64,000 nt of DNA from Anaerolineae bacterium (GCA_963675785.1 OY776562.1:2112001-2176000), one strand, 5' to 3'. Shown: positions 8,765 through 18,344, counted from the stretch's first letter. Notes: generated from the letters alone by a model not told the origin. Numbers and translations are program-made.

Positions 8765-9724
8765 GTGGAGGACGAGTCGACCAGACGCATCACCCGCGAA
8801 GCCGAGATAGACCAAATCTCTGCCGATGATACGGTCAGTCTGTACTTGAAACAGATGGGACAGGTACCATTGCTCACAGCTGAAGAAGAAGTTACCCTGG
8901 CCCGTCAGATCGAAGAAGGAACGTTTGCCAGAGCTCGAATCTGTGAGGGGAACTGCACCGAAGACGAACTTGATGAACTTGAGCGGATTGTTGTAATTGG
9001 CGAAGAGGCCCGTGACCGATTGGTGGTATCCAATACCAGGCTGGTCGTAAGCGTCGCCAAAAAGTATGTTGGGCAAGGTGTCCCGTTCCTGGATCTTATC
9101 CAGGAAGGCAACATTGGCCTGATGAAGGCCGTGGAAAAGTTTGACTACCACCGGGGCTTTAAGTTCAGCACTTATGCTACATGGTGGATCCGTCAGGGCA
9201 TTACGCGCGCCCTGGCACAGCAGAGCCGCCTAATTCGGCTGCCGGTTCATGCTGGTGATCAAATCCGCCGCATCTACCGCCTCGCAGAAGAGATTGAACA
9301 GGAGACCGGCCACAAGGCGTCTCCTGAAGAGATCGCTGCCGAAGCAGGTCTGCCAGCCGATAAGGTTGATCAGCTCTTGAGAATATCGCGTTATCCCGTA
9401 TCGCTAGAGCGCCCCGTGGGTGACGATGGCGATACCGAATTTGGCGATTTCATCGAAGACGATGATTCGCCCGAACCTACCGAAATTGCTTCACAGCAAA
9501 TGCTGCGGGAAACCCTAGAGAGTGTGCTAACCGCACTCACTCCCAGAGAAGCCCGTATCCTCCGCCTGCGTTTTGGGCTGCGTGACGGCAAACCTCATAC
9601 CCTGGAAGAAGTCGGCGAAAAGTTTGGGCTTACCAGGGAACGGATTCGCCAGATCGAGCATCAAGCGCTGGACAGGCTCCGCAACCCCCGTCGCAGTGAA
9701 AAACTGCGGGATTACATCCGTTAG
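8765..9724 (+). CDS. RpoD/SigA-family sigma70 factor, second copy lacking region 1.1
   Basis: [41 protein letters not shown] and TRERIRQIE motifs; GTG start with GGAGAGG RBS. Confidence 0.93.
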   Translation: MEDESTRRITREAEIDQISADDTVSLYLKQMGQVPLLTAEEEVTLARQIEEGTFARARICEGNCTEDELDELERIVVIGEEARDRLVVSNTRLVVSVAKKYVGQGVPFLDLIQEGNIGLMKAVEKFDYHRGFKFSTYATWWIRQGITRALAQQSRLIRLPVHAGDQIRRIYRLAEEIEQETGHKASPEEIAAEAGLPADKVDQLLRISRYPVSLERPVGDDGDTEFGDFIEDDDSPEPTEIASQQMLRETLESVLTALTPREARILRLRFGLRDGKPHTLEEVGEKFGLTRERIRQIEHQALDRLRNPRRSEKLRDYIR

Positions 9725-9729
9725 ACCCC

Positions 9730-9756
9730 GGGCCGCTCATTGAGCGGCCCTTTTCT
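9730..9756 (+). terminator. Intrinsic terminator
   Basis: GGGCCGCTC-ATT-GAGCGGCCC followed by TTTTCT. Confidence 0.85.
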
Positions 9757-9820
9757 GTGCCTCTGCTGGACTCTCCTCCCCTCCCGTGAGATAATGAAAC
9801 AAGCTAGAGGGAGGCGAATT

Positions 9821-10720
9821 ATGGAACAGTATCCTGGCATCACTGTCATACGCGTTCCCTTTGAAGAGACGCGCTATATCAATGTATTCTTGTTGAGTGG
9901 CACTCGTTCGATCCTTGTGGATACCGGCATAGCAGGCACCGCTGTTGGCCACATCCTTCCTTCGCTCGAACAAATGGGGCTCTCTGCCCCCCATCCTGCT
10001 ATCGTGGTCAACCTGCACAGCCACGCCGACCACATCGGCGGCAACGCCGAGCTCTTTGCAGCATGGAAAGAGATGGTGTTATTCGCGGCGCACGTCTTTG
10101 AAGTCCCTTTCATTGAGGATCATTTTATTCTGGCGCGGTATGTCTACCATCTAGACACCGTGCCCGAGATCCGCCAATTAATGGGGCGCACTGGAAGCAG
10201 TGTACCGATCAGTCTCCGCCTGCGCGACGGCGACAAGCTCTCCCTCGGTAATCATGAGATAACCGTTTTGCACAGCCCCGGCCACACAGTGGGCAATATT
10301 GCCCTGTGGGACGAGGATAACCACATTCTCATCCACGGCGAAAGCATTATGGGGCCAGCTGAACTAGATGAGCACGGCAGCTTAGCGGCCAACTTTGGAC
10401 GAAACCCTCTGGATTACCGCGAAACCCTTTTACGCCTGAACCACCTCGATTTTGAGACGTTGCTCTCATCTCACCGCCCCGCCATGAACGCAAAAGAAGG
10501 GCATGCTTTTATCCAGGAGACGCTGCACAGCCTGGAACGCTTTATCCAGACCGTAAAAACCTGCCTAGCCCAGGTAAGTAATACCTCAAGCGATCTCGCG
10601 AAATGCGTGGCCGAACGCGGCAATTATCAACTGGACAAAGACCTGATGCGACAAGTAGAAGCAATTGCCAAAAAACAGACAAAAGCCGCATTAGCCCCCC
10701 CGCCGGTTTCCGCTCTCTGA
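9821..10720 (+). CDS. MBL-fold metallo-hydrolase
   Basis: LVDTG, HSHADHIGG and HSPGHT motifs; ATG 9821 with GGAGG RBS. Confidence 0.88.
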   Translation: MEQYPGITVIRVPFEETRYINVFLLSGTRSILVDTGIAGTAVGHILPSLEQMGLSAPHPAIVVNLHSHADHIGGNAELFAAWKEMVLFAAHVFEVPFIEDHFILARYVYHLDTVPEIRQLMGRTGSSVPISLRLRDGDKLSLGNHEITVLHSPGHTVGNIALWDEDNHILIHGESIMGPAELDEHGSLAANFGRNPLDYRETLLRLNHLDFETLLSSHRPAMNAKEGHAFIQETLHSLERFIQTVKTCLAQVSNTSSDLAKCVAERGNYQLDKDLMRQVEAIAKKQTKAALAPPPVSAL

Positions 10721-10801
10721 TCTCGCTACACTACACCTCGACCGGGTTGCGTTCCTTACAAGCCCGGGTAGAATCTCCTCGTCTTGTGAAAGGAGCAAGT
10801 A

Positions 10802-11539
10802 GTGATCCCCCTTATCGAAATGTGTGTGGATTCGGTCGAATCGGCCCTTTCGGCTCAAGCAGGCGGTGCCCAGCGCATCGAATTGTGCGCCGACTTGCTA
10901 GAAGGCGGCACAACTCCCAGTCACGGCACCCTCGTTAGCACGCGCAAGGTCCTGTTTATCGGTATGAACGTCATCATCCGGCCCCGCGGTGGCGATTTCC
11001 TCTATTCCGAGGCCGAATATGCGGTCATCAAGCAGGACTTGCTCCATGCCCGCGAATGCGGCGCCGACGGCGTGGTCATCGGCCTATTGAATGCCGACGG
11101 TACTGTGGACAAAGAGCGCACTGCCGAGCTCGTGGCCTTGGCCCATCCCATGACAATCACCTTTCACCGTGCTTTTGACCTGACCCGCGATCCCTTTAAA
11201 GCGCTGGAGGACCTGATCGACCTGGGCATCGACAGGGTGCTCACGTCGGGACAAGAGAGTTCGGCGCTGGAGGGCCTGGAAACCCTGACTCGACTAGTAG
11301 GACAGGCCAAGGATCGCATTATCATCATGCCTGGCGGTGGTGTGAATGCTCGCAATATTCAGCGTATACTCACCTGCGGCGCCCACGAGGTACATATGCA
11401 CTCGGCCCGAGCGTTGGATAGCGGCATGACCTATCGCAGCAGTCATTGTTACATGGGTAGCGCACTGCGTCCTGCCGAATACGCCCTTTCGATAACCGCC
11501 GCAGACGATGTGGCCCAGATTGTAGCTGCGGCCAAATAG
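10802..11539 (+). CDS. cutC: CutC family (copper homeostasis) protein
   Basis: RIELC, GGTTPS, IRPRGGDF, TFHRAFD and VLTSG motifs; AAGGAG RBS. Confidence 0.93.
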   Translation: MIPLIEMCVDSVESALSAQAGGAQRIELCADLLEGGTTPSHGTLVSTRKVLFIGMNVIIRPRGGDFLYSEAEYAVIKQDLLHARECGADGVVIGLLNADGTVDKERTAELVALAHPMTITFHRAFDLTRDPFKALEDLIDLGIDRVLTSGQESSALEGLETLTRLVGQAKDRIIIMPGGGVNARNIQRILTCGAHEVHMHSARALDSGMTYRSSHCYMGSALRPAEYALSITAADDVAQIVAAAK

Positions 11540-11551
11540 AGGAGACTCATC

Positions 11552-13585
11552 ATGCCCGTCGTTCCTTGGGAATGTGAAACAAATCCAGCCGATATGCACT
11601 GCAATCACATGGATCAATGGCAGATCGACTTGGCTGAACACAAAACCTCAGCCTTGTTAGTTGTGCGCCACAATCGTATCGTACACGAGTGGTACGCTCC
11701 CGAATGCGGCCCCGACGTGCCCCATTACACCGCTTCCCTAGCCAAAGCCCTGGTGGGAGGCACCTCCCTCGGCTTGGCGATAGCAGACGATCTCATCTCA
11801 CCAGACAACCTCGCTTGCCAATACATTCCGGCCTGGCGCGTTGATCCCCTCCGTTCCAAGATCACCATTGCGCAGTTGGCCAGTCATTCTTCTGGCCTGG
11901 AGGATGCCGAAACGCTAGGCAAGGGTCACATGGATCAGGACGGCTGGAAAGAAGCCTTTTGGAGGCGTGATCCCGATCCATTTACCATCGCCCGAGATCA
12001 GGCGCCAGTAAGCTTTGAGCCGGGCTCAGCTTACGCCTACAGCAACACGGGTATGGCCATGCTGGCCTATGCCGTAACAGCCTCCCTCCCCGCGAATCAA
12101 AGCATTCGTGAACTGCTCGAGGAGCGCCTGATGACACCGCTGGGTATCCCTCAGGAGAATTGGCAGATCGGCTACGGTACCACCTACGAAATCGACGGCC
12201 TGCGCCTCAATGCTAACTGGGGCGGTGGCAGCTACACTGCCCGAGCGGTGGCCCGTGTCGGACAATTGATGCTGGATCAGGGGCGTTGGGGAAACCAGCA
12301 GCTCATCTCGGCCGAAACTGTGCGACGTATGCTACGGTCCGTGGGCGCTCCTCGGCCGCCACGGGCAGAGGAACTACACATCCCCACACCGGGATTAGGC
12401 TGGTGGTTGAATATCGACGGCACTTGGCCTAACTTGCCACGCGACGCTTTTGCTGGTGCTGGCGCTGGCCAGCAGATTTTACTGGTGGTGCCCTCACTTG
12501 ATTTGGTAGTCGTGCGTTTGGGTGAGGCCTTTACTGGTGGGTTCCGTCATGATGCCTTTTGGCCCGATGTCAATCGCTATCTGATAGAACCTCTTCTCGA
12601 TTCGCTCAAGCCAGTGATGACACCAGTCGACAAGCTGCCCTACCCCGCTAGCCCAGTCATTCGCGGCATCAATTGGGCTCCCATCAACTCGATGGTGCGC
12701 CAGGCTTACGATAGCGACAACTGGCCCACCACCTGGGGCGACGATGATCGCATCTACACCGCTTATGGCGATGGCTGCGGCTTTGCACCTTATGTCGATC
12801 ACAAGATCGGGCTGGGCTTTGCCGCCATCTCGGGCACACCCGATAATCCCCTCGGTGAGAACATTCGCTCTGCCAGCGGCGAAAACGAGGGCATGGGGGC
12901 CAATGGCATCAAAGCTTCGGGCATAGTGATGATTGATGGCGTGCTCTACATGCTGGGGCGCAACGCTGGTAACGCTATCGTCGCCCGCTCTACCGACCAT
13001 GCGCGCACCTGGGAATGGGCAGACTGGCGTTTCGAGACGAGCTTTGGCTATCCGGGATTCGTCAATTTCGGGCGCAACTATGCCAGCGCCCGCGATGAAT
13101 ACGTCTATATCCATTCATCCGATGGCGATTCAGCTTATCTCCCCACTGACCAGATGGTGCTGGCGCGCGTACCTCGTGAACGCATCATAGAACAAGAAGC
13201 CTATACCTTTTGCGCCGGATTGAAGGATGGTCAACCACGGTGGTCCGCCGATATAGCCGAACGTGCGCCTATTTTTATCAATCCCGGCCGATGTAGCCGC
13301 TCTAGCATGGTTTACAACGTCGGCCTCGGGCGCTATTTATGGTGGCAGGTGCTTACCATCGGCCAAGAACCAGGGCCGCGATTTTGTGGTGGTTTTGCCG
13401 TGTATGACGCTCCCGAACCTTGGGGGCCTTGGACCACCGTCTATAGTGCTGACCAGTGGGATATAGGCCCTGGTGAGATGGGCGGCTTTCCTGCCCGCTG
13501 GATGAGCGAGGATGGCAGAGAATGCGCCTTGGTTTCCTCAGGCAATGATTACTTTAGCGTCAGAAAACTGCGCTTACTCTGTTAA
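11552..13585 (+). CDS. Beta-lactamase-family serine hydrolase fused to a DUF4185-like C-terminal domain
   Basis: N-half has SLAK (SxxK), YSN and GAGAGQQ..VVPSLDLVVVR. C-half has SDNWPTTW, YGDG, STDHARTW and APEPWGPW. The C-domain assignment is from motif recall. Confidence 0.75.
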   Translation: MPVVPWECETNPADMHCNHMDQWQIDLAEHKTSALLVVRHNRIVHEWYAPECGPDVPHYTASLAKALVGGTSLGLAIADDLISPDNLACQYIPAWRVDPLRSKITIAQLASHSSGLEDAETLGKGHMDQDGWKEAFWRRDPDPFTIARDQAPVSFEPGSAYAYSNTGMAMLAYAVTASLPANQSIRELLEERLMTPLGIPQENWQIGYGTTYEIDGLRLNANWGGGSYTARAVARVGQLMLDQGRWGNQQLISAETVRRMLRSVGAPRPPRAEELHIPTPGLGWWLNIDGTWPNLPRDAFAGAGAGQQILLVVPSLDLVVVRLGEAFTGGFRHDAFWPDVNRYLIEPLLDSLKPVMTPVDKLPYPASPVIRGINWAPINSMVRQAYDSDNWPTTWGDDDRIYTAYGDGCGFAPYVDHKIGLGFAAISGTPDNPLGENIRSASGENEGMGANGIKASGIVMIDGVLYMLGRNAGNAIVARSTDHARTWEWADWRFETSFGYPGFVNFGRNYASARDEYVYIHSSDGDSAYLPTDQMVLARVPRERIIEQEAYTFCAGLKDGQPRWSADIAERAPIFINPGRCSRSSMVYNVGLGRYLWWQVLTIGQEPGPRFCGGFAVYDAPEPWGPWTTVYSADQWDIGPGEMGGFPARWMSEDGRECALVSSGNDYFSVRKLRLLC

Positions 13586-13598
13586 GGCAAATGAGTTC

Positions 13599-13626
13599 TT
13601 GATGACATCATTCACGGGTGTATAAT
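13599..13626 (+). promoter_or_regulatory. Sigma70-type promoter
   Basis: TTGATG-16-TATAAT upstream of the lipoprotein gene. Confidence 0.6.
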
Positions 13627-13646
13627 CGTAACCTGATTAGTGAGTT

Positions 13647-14696
13647 ATGGAGCACATGATGCGATTCAAACGTTTATTGCTCATAGTCATTCTAGCAGGA
13701 ACGACGCTCATCAGCGCTGCCTGCGGTCAGGTTTCACAAACAACACAGCAAGGCGATATTACGACGCCTACGGCTCTTGCAACCGAAACGCCCGCTACGG
13801 TCATCGCTGAAGATCAACCCTGGACGCTGACCGTCATCCATAGTAACGACACCATGGGGCAGATGGTCCCCAGTGGTTGAAGCGACCCCTGCGGGGGGCT
13901 GGCTCGGAGAGCCGGCGTAATTGCTGAAACTAAAGCTGCTGCCGAAGGCATTGTTCTCGTACTAGATGCGGGAAGCTCGCTAATGGGTACAGATATCTCT
14001 CTGGAGACCGAAGGACTTGCTGTAGCCGAACCTATGGCTGCCATGGGCTATGATGCCATGGCCATTGGTGTCATGGACGCGGTCAAGGGACTCGATGCAT
14101 TGCGGGCCGTGGAAGAAACGGGCCTTACACTGCTTAGTGCCAACATCGTTGATGCGACGACGGGGGATTTGGTCTTTACGCCCTACGTTTTGCTGGAAGA
14201 ACAGGGAAAAACCATCGCCCTGTTGGGGCTTTCGGATGATGATGTCCTGTTGGCACCCGGCATGGATGGTGTCATTGATATTCTCGATCCCATCGAGCAA
14301 GCCAAGGCTTTAGTGTCTGAACTAGCCGAACAGGCGGATATCATCGTGGTCATCTCGCACCTCGGCGTTGATCTTGACGAACAGTTAGCTGCGGCGGTGC
14401 CCGATATTGACATCGTCATTGGCGGCAACTCGCAAAACATTCCCGACCAACCCGAAATCGTCGGCAGCACTGTGATGGCACGTATAGAAGCCTATGGTTC
14501 CTATGTAGGCCGCTTGACGGTCAAGTTCTCGGCCGATAATGCCATTACGGATGTGGGTGCAGAGGCCATCCATTTAGATAGCACGATTCCAGAAGACTCG
14601 AATGTAGCAGCCATTGTACAAAAGTGGGTCGATCTATACCCGACACCGACGGCTGATCCGGCAATCACCGAGACGCCAGCCGCTATCACATACTAA
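13647..14696 (+). CDS. UshA/5'-nucleotidase-like lipoprotein, probable selenoprotein (in-frame UGA at 13878-13880)
   Basis: ORFs 13647..13880 and 13983..14696 share a frame. Read-through gives HSNDTMGQMVPSG-U-SDPCGGLARRAGVI...LVLDAG. Lipobox ISAAC is present. Start may be 13656 or 13659. Confidence 0.85.
13898..13916 (+). promoter_or_regulatory. Candidate bacterial SECIS hairpin
   Basis: GCTGGCTC-GGA-GAGCCGGC; the G-initiated loop starts after a 25 nt spacer from the UGA. Confidence 0.65.
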
Positions 14697-14725
14697 AAAA
14701 GAGGGGGCTTAAAGCCCCCTCTTTT
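14697..14725. terminator. Bidirectional intrinsic terminator
   Basis: AAAAGAGGGGGCT-TAA-AGCCCCCTCTTTT between convergent genes. Confidence 0.9.
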
Positions 14726-15823
14726 CTACCCTTTGCGCACTGGCAGGGTTGAGCCGCAGCTCTGGCGTTGTATTACGCGCCCCCCCACATGCACCGTATC
14801 CACCTCTTGTTCCAAGAGCAACCCCTTAACTTGCCGGGCCACCGCAGTGGCTAAACCGTCCAAGTCAAAACGTACCGAAGTAATCGGTGTTGGAGCTACG
14901 CTGCACAAGTTATCATCACCCATGCCAACCACAGCCACATCGCGCGGACATGCCCGGCCAATGTTCGTCAATGCCGATATAACCTGCAACGCATAGATAT
15001 CATGCGAGCAAAAGACGGCTGTCGGCCCATCTTCACTGGCAAATAGCGTTTCCAGCCGACTAACAAAGGTCGAACTCCCCGGCTGGCCCGTAATCACCCA
15101 CTCGAGAGAGACGTCAGCACCGTGATCCCAGAGCGTGTTGGCATAGCCCCAATACCGCCTGTCGCCGGATACACTGGTTGGCTCTGCGCCAACATAAGCG
15201 ATCCTCCTGTGCCCCAAAGAAAGCAGGTGCGCAGTAATAGTAGCCGCGCAGATATCCTCATCCAATACGACAGCCGGCACATCAATACCGTCGATATCGC
15301 GCAGAATCAGGATAATCGGCAAAGGGCTTTGTTCCACAAGACCGCCAAATCGATCTGATAGTCCAGAACTCTCGCCCTGAACAAGTATCAAGGCGGCGAC
15401 ATGCTGCTCGGCAGCAGCGACGTACAGAGCGTCCTCCAGCTCGTCCCAGTTACCTTCCAATGTGCGCAACACCACTTGCAGATCCGCATCTCCCAGAGCA
15501 TGCATCATAGCCTGCAAGAGCCCAATGGGAAGTGCATCGAGGCGATCCGGCACCAATAAACTCACTGTCCCTGTTCGTGATCCAGACTGAGGATGTTCAG
15601 AAATGAACCACCCCAACCCATGGCGGCTAACCACAATGCCGTCATGTTTGAGTTCACGCAAGGCACGGCGCACTGTGATCTGGCTCACACCATAGGCATC
15701 ACAGAGTGCGTGTTCGCTCGGAAGTCTATCTCCCGCTTGCAAGCGACCAGATTCCACCTTGTCGGCAATGTCATCCGCAACCCAGCGATAGAGCGGACCA
15801 GAAGGCCGTTCGGTCATGACCAT
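14726..15823 (-). CDS. GntR-HTH plus LacI-type sugar-binding domain regulator (AraR-like)
   Basis: GDRLPSE..YGVSQITVRRAL at the N-terminus; HLLSLGHRRIAY, PTAVFCSHD and DVAVVGMGD at the C-terminus. Confidence 0.9.
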   Translation of the reverse strand: MVMTERPSGPLYRWVADDIADKVESGRLQAGDRLPSEHALCDAYGVSQITVRRALRELKHDGIVVSRHGLGWFISEHPQSGSRTGTVSLLVPDRLDALPIGLLQAMMHALGDADLQVVLRTLEGNWDELEDALYVAAAEQHVAALILVQGESSGLSDRFGGLVEQSPLPIILILRDIDGIDVPAVVLDEDICAATITAHLLSLGHRRIAYVGAEPTSVSGDRRYWGYANTLWDHGADVSLEWVITGQPGSSTFVSRLETLFASEDGPTAVFCSHDIYALQVISALTNIGRACPRDVAVVGMGDDNLCSVAPTPITSVRFDLDGLATAVARQVKGLLLEQEVDTVHVGGRVIQRQSCGSTLPVRKG

Positions 15824-15866
15824 GAGCTCCCTCCCCAGACCAAACCAGCACTAGATGAAACAAACT

Positions 15867-18164
15867 TTAATCCACACGCCCCTGACGTGCTGAGAACCAG
15901 CGATAATCAATGTTCAAAAAGACTTTGTCGAGTTCATATAGTTCTTCAACAAAACTCGTATCAATATCAGCATGCTCAACTGCATCAGCAAGCTGATTAA
16001 AGCGCACCACATGTGATTCGAACCGCTCTATAGCGTACTCTTTGGCCTGCCCAGTGGTGATCAAAAAAGGCCAGTCACTAGATTCGAGGAGCAACAATTC
16101 GCGTGCAGCCTGATCAAGCGCCCATCGCTCATCGCCTATCGCGTCAGGATGCTCGGCACAAAGCCGTTCCATCCTGGTTTCAGCCGCATGAATCGGCTCC
16201 CACACCCAATGTGTGTCGTCATTATCCCAGGTCCAATGGGTTCCGCCCGCTCCCCAGGAACTCTCAGGAAGCGCCATGACCTCTTCGGGCGGGTTGATCT
16301 CGAGATATTCGCTGGCCGTCACCAAGTCTACCTCGTCGTCCTCAGCCAGGTTTCGCAGAACCTCGCGAATCCAGGTAACACCCTCGAACCACCAGTGGCC
16401 AAAGAGCTCGGTATCATAGTTTGAAGCCACTAGACCATATTGACCAGTCTTTTCGTGATTTTCGACCAACAGCTCGTGCACAAGCGAAGCATAGTGTTTT
16501 GCGTGGCTTATTACCTTGTTCTCGGCCCAATCGGGGTGATACCAGTCTTTGGAACCCAATTCGGTACGGGGACCGGTAACGCGCCAGTACTGCAAACCCG
16601 ATTCAGGGTCTTTTTGATGGAATTCGCGATAATCCTGATCACCAGGATAGCCCCAATCCGCCGACCAAACTTGCTGACCCGTACGATTGTTGCGCCCAAT
16701 GGCTGCAACTGGCGGATCGACTAGCCCGTTGGTGTTGCCCATCACCCAATAGGCAGAGAAAGTGGTGCCACCACTGGTGTTGCTTTCAGCCATGGGTATA
16801 ACATAATGGCGCTTGATCATGCCATAGGGGCCAATGGCAGTTTCGCCGGCAGCCTTACCCACAGGCATACCACCCTCAATGGCGTGCGTCTCCACAAAGA
16901 AACAGGTAATACCTTGCGCCGAGAGAAACTCTTCGATGCCCGGGCGCACCGTACCGTCGTCATCCACAAAAGCTGGCCTATAGGCACATTCGGGCAGCCA
17001 GATGGCACGAGGTGCCTTGCCGAAATGACGCATATAGCTGGCAATTCCCGTACGAAGCTGGCCATAAATAGACGAATCGCGCCCCAGCAGCGGCAGATAG
17101 CCGTGGGTTGCCGCAGAACAAATGATCTCGATCAGCTCCTCATCCTGCAGTTGGCGGAATGCGCCGATCACATCGCTCTTGAAACGGTCCAAAAAGGCGT
17201 TATGTACCTTGCGGTAATAGTCACGATAAAAGGTGGCCAGATATTCGGCGTGCTCGTCACCCTCTTCGCCAAAGCGGGGGATATCTGCTTCGGCAGAAGC
17301 GATCTCTTGATCCAAATAGGTGACAAAATGGGCTTTGATGTCGGCATCGGCCAGTTGCTCGGTGAGAACCGGCGTAATGCCGATAGTCAAGCGAAAATCA
17401 ATACCCTCATCGCGAAGGTCATAGAGGGCCATAAGCAAGGGAATATACGTCTCGGCCAGGGCTTCGTGCAGCCACTCTTCTCCGTGGGGCCACATGCCCG
17501 CCCGTCGGCAATAAGGCAAATGGCTGTGCAGTACGAACGTAAACGCCCCTGCCGCCTGACCGGGGGTGTTGCGTGGTTTTAGGGCCTTGATCGGAGCCGG
17601 GACAATTGAATTGTTTGCAGACCGAAAAGCCCCCTGAACGAGCTGCTCTTTGAGATTCAGTGTCCACTCGATATCGATGCGAACACGTCCTGCAAGATGG
17701 CGCCAAACGGCATCCAGTGCCAAACCGGGCCCAGGCTGCGCCTGATAGGAGCGCGACATATGCTCAATGCGCACAAGTTCATCTTCTAGGTGCTCTAACC
17801 GGCGATCGAGGAGAGCAGCAAGTTCATCCTCAGGCAGCAAATCGATGAATGAGGCCGCCGCATCCTGAGGTACGCCTCCCAGCGCTGTTTCCTGCCAGGC
17901 ATCTCGCAGCAAATCCTGAAGAACCAGTCCACCCTGGTCAGTAATCTGATAAACATTGCGAGCTGGGCGGCCCTGTGCAGCCTCAACGCCAGACTTGACG
18001 ATCAGGCCTTCATCGGACATACGCGCCAATTGGGCATAGAGCGAGGCCGATGGCACGGTCGCCCAGTCACGGTAAGCATCGCTTTCCAGCGTTTTCTTGA
18101 TCTGGTATCCATACATCTCGCCCCGGGCTAGCAAACCTAGAATCAAAGTACGTACTTGCGACAT
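15867..18164 (-). CDS. PadR-family regulator fused to a GH57 1,4-alpha-glucan branching-type enzyme
   Basis: N-terminus has ILGLL..MYGYQI..SLYAQL..GLI..RNVYQITDQG. From about aa 205 come FVLHSHLPY, ATHGYLPLL, WLPECAY, YDTELFGHWWFEG and SSDWPF. One uninterrupted ORF; AAGGAG RBS before ATG 18164. Confidence 0.9.
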   Translation of the reverse strand: MSQVRTLILGLLARGEMYGYQIKKTLESDAYRDWATVPSASLYAQLARMSDEGLIVKSGVEAAQGRPARNVYQITDQGGLVLQDLLRDAWQETALGGVPQDAAASFIDLLPEDELAALLDRRLEHLEDELVRIEHMSRSYQAQPGPGLALDAVWRHLAGRVRIDIEWTLNLKEQLVQGAFRSANNSIVPAPIKALKPRNTPGQAAGAFTFVLHSHLPYCRRAGMWPHGEEWLHEALAETYIPLLMALYDLRDEGIDFRLTIGITPVLTEQLADADIKAHFVTYLDQEIASAEADIPRFGEEGDEHAEYLATFYRDYYRKVHNAFLDRFKSDVIGAFRQLQDEELIEIICSAATHGYLPLLGRDSSIYGQLRTGIASYMRHFGKAPRAIWLPECAYRPAFVDDDGTVRPGIEEFLSAQGITCFFVETHAIEGGMPVGKAAGETAIGPYGMIKRHYVIPMAESNTSGGTTFSAYWVMGNTNGLVDPPVAAIGRNNRTGQQVWSADWGYPGDQDYREFHQKDPESGLQYWRVTGPRTELGSKDWYHPDWAENKVISHAKHYASLVHELLVENHEKTGQYGLVASNYDTELFGHWWFEGVTWIREVLRNLAEDDEVDLVTASEYLEINPPEEVMALPESSWGAGGTHWTWDNDDTHWVWEPIHAAETRMERLCAEHPDAIGDERWALDQAARELLLLESSDWPFLITTGQAKEYAIERFESHVVRFNQLADAVEHADIDTSFVEELYELDKVFLNIDYRWFSARQGRVD

Positions 18165-18178
18165 GAGCACTCCTTGCT

Positions 18179-18225
18179 AATAGTCCAAGTTAGACTATTT
18201 TAGGCCAGGCACTGTGCAATGACAA
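18179..18225 (-). promoter_or_regulatory. Promoter with overlapping palindromic operator
   Basis: TTGTCA-17-TAAAAT (18225-18197); palindrome AATAGTC-N7-GACTATT (18179-18199) covers part of the -10 and the +1 region. Confidence 0.75.
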
Positions 18226-18344
18226 ACCTCTGCGCGAGAACATGGCGCTATTCTACACAGTATTGTTGCATTCGTCCATGCCAATTTAACTTTTGTCCTT
18301 GATTCTGCCAACATGAAACACTATCCTCTCAAGAGGGAGAAGCT

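Noticed and set aside
13647-14696. Pseudogene or two separate genes
   Set aside because: The single TGA falls at the Sec position of this family, with a SECIS-like hairpin and no other lesion.
16806-17582. 258-aa plus-strand ORF
   Set aside because: Antisense to the GH57 domain, with no recognisable motifs.
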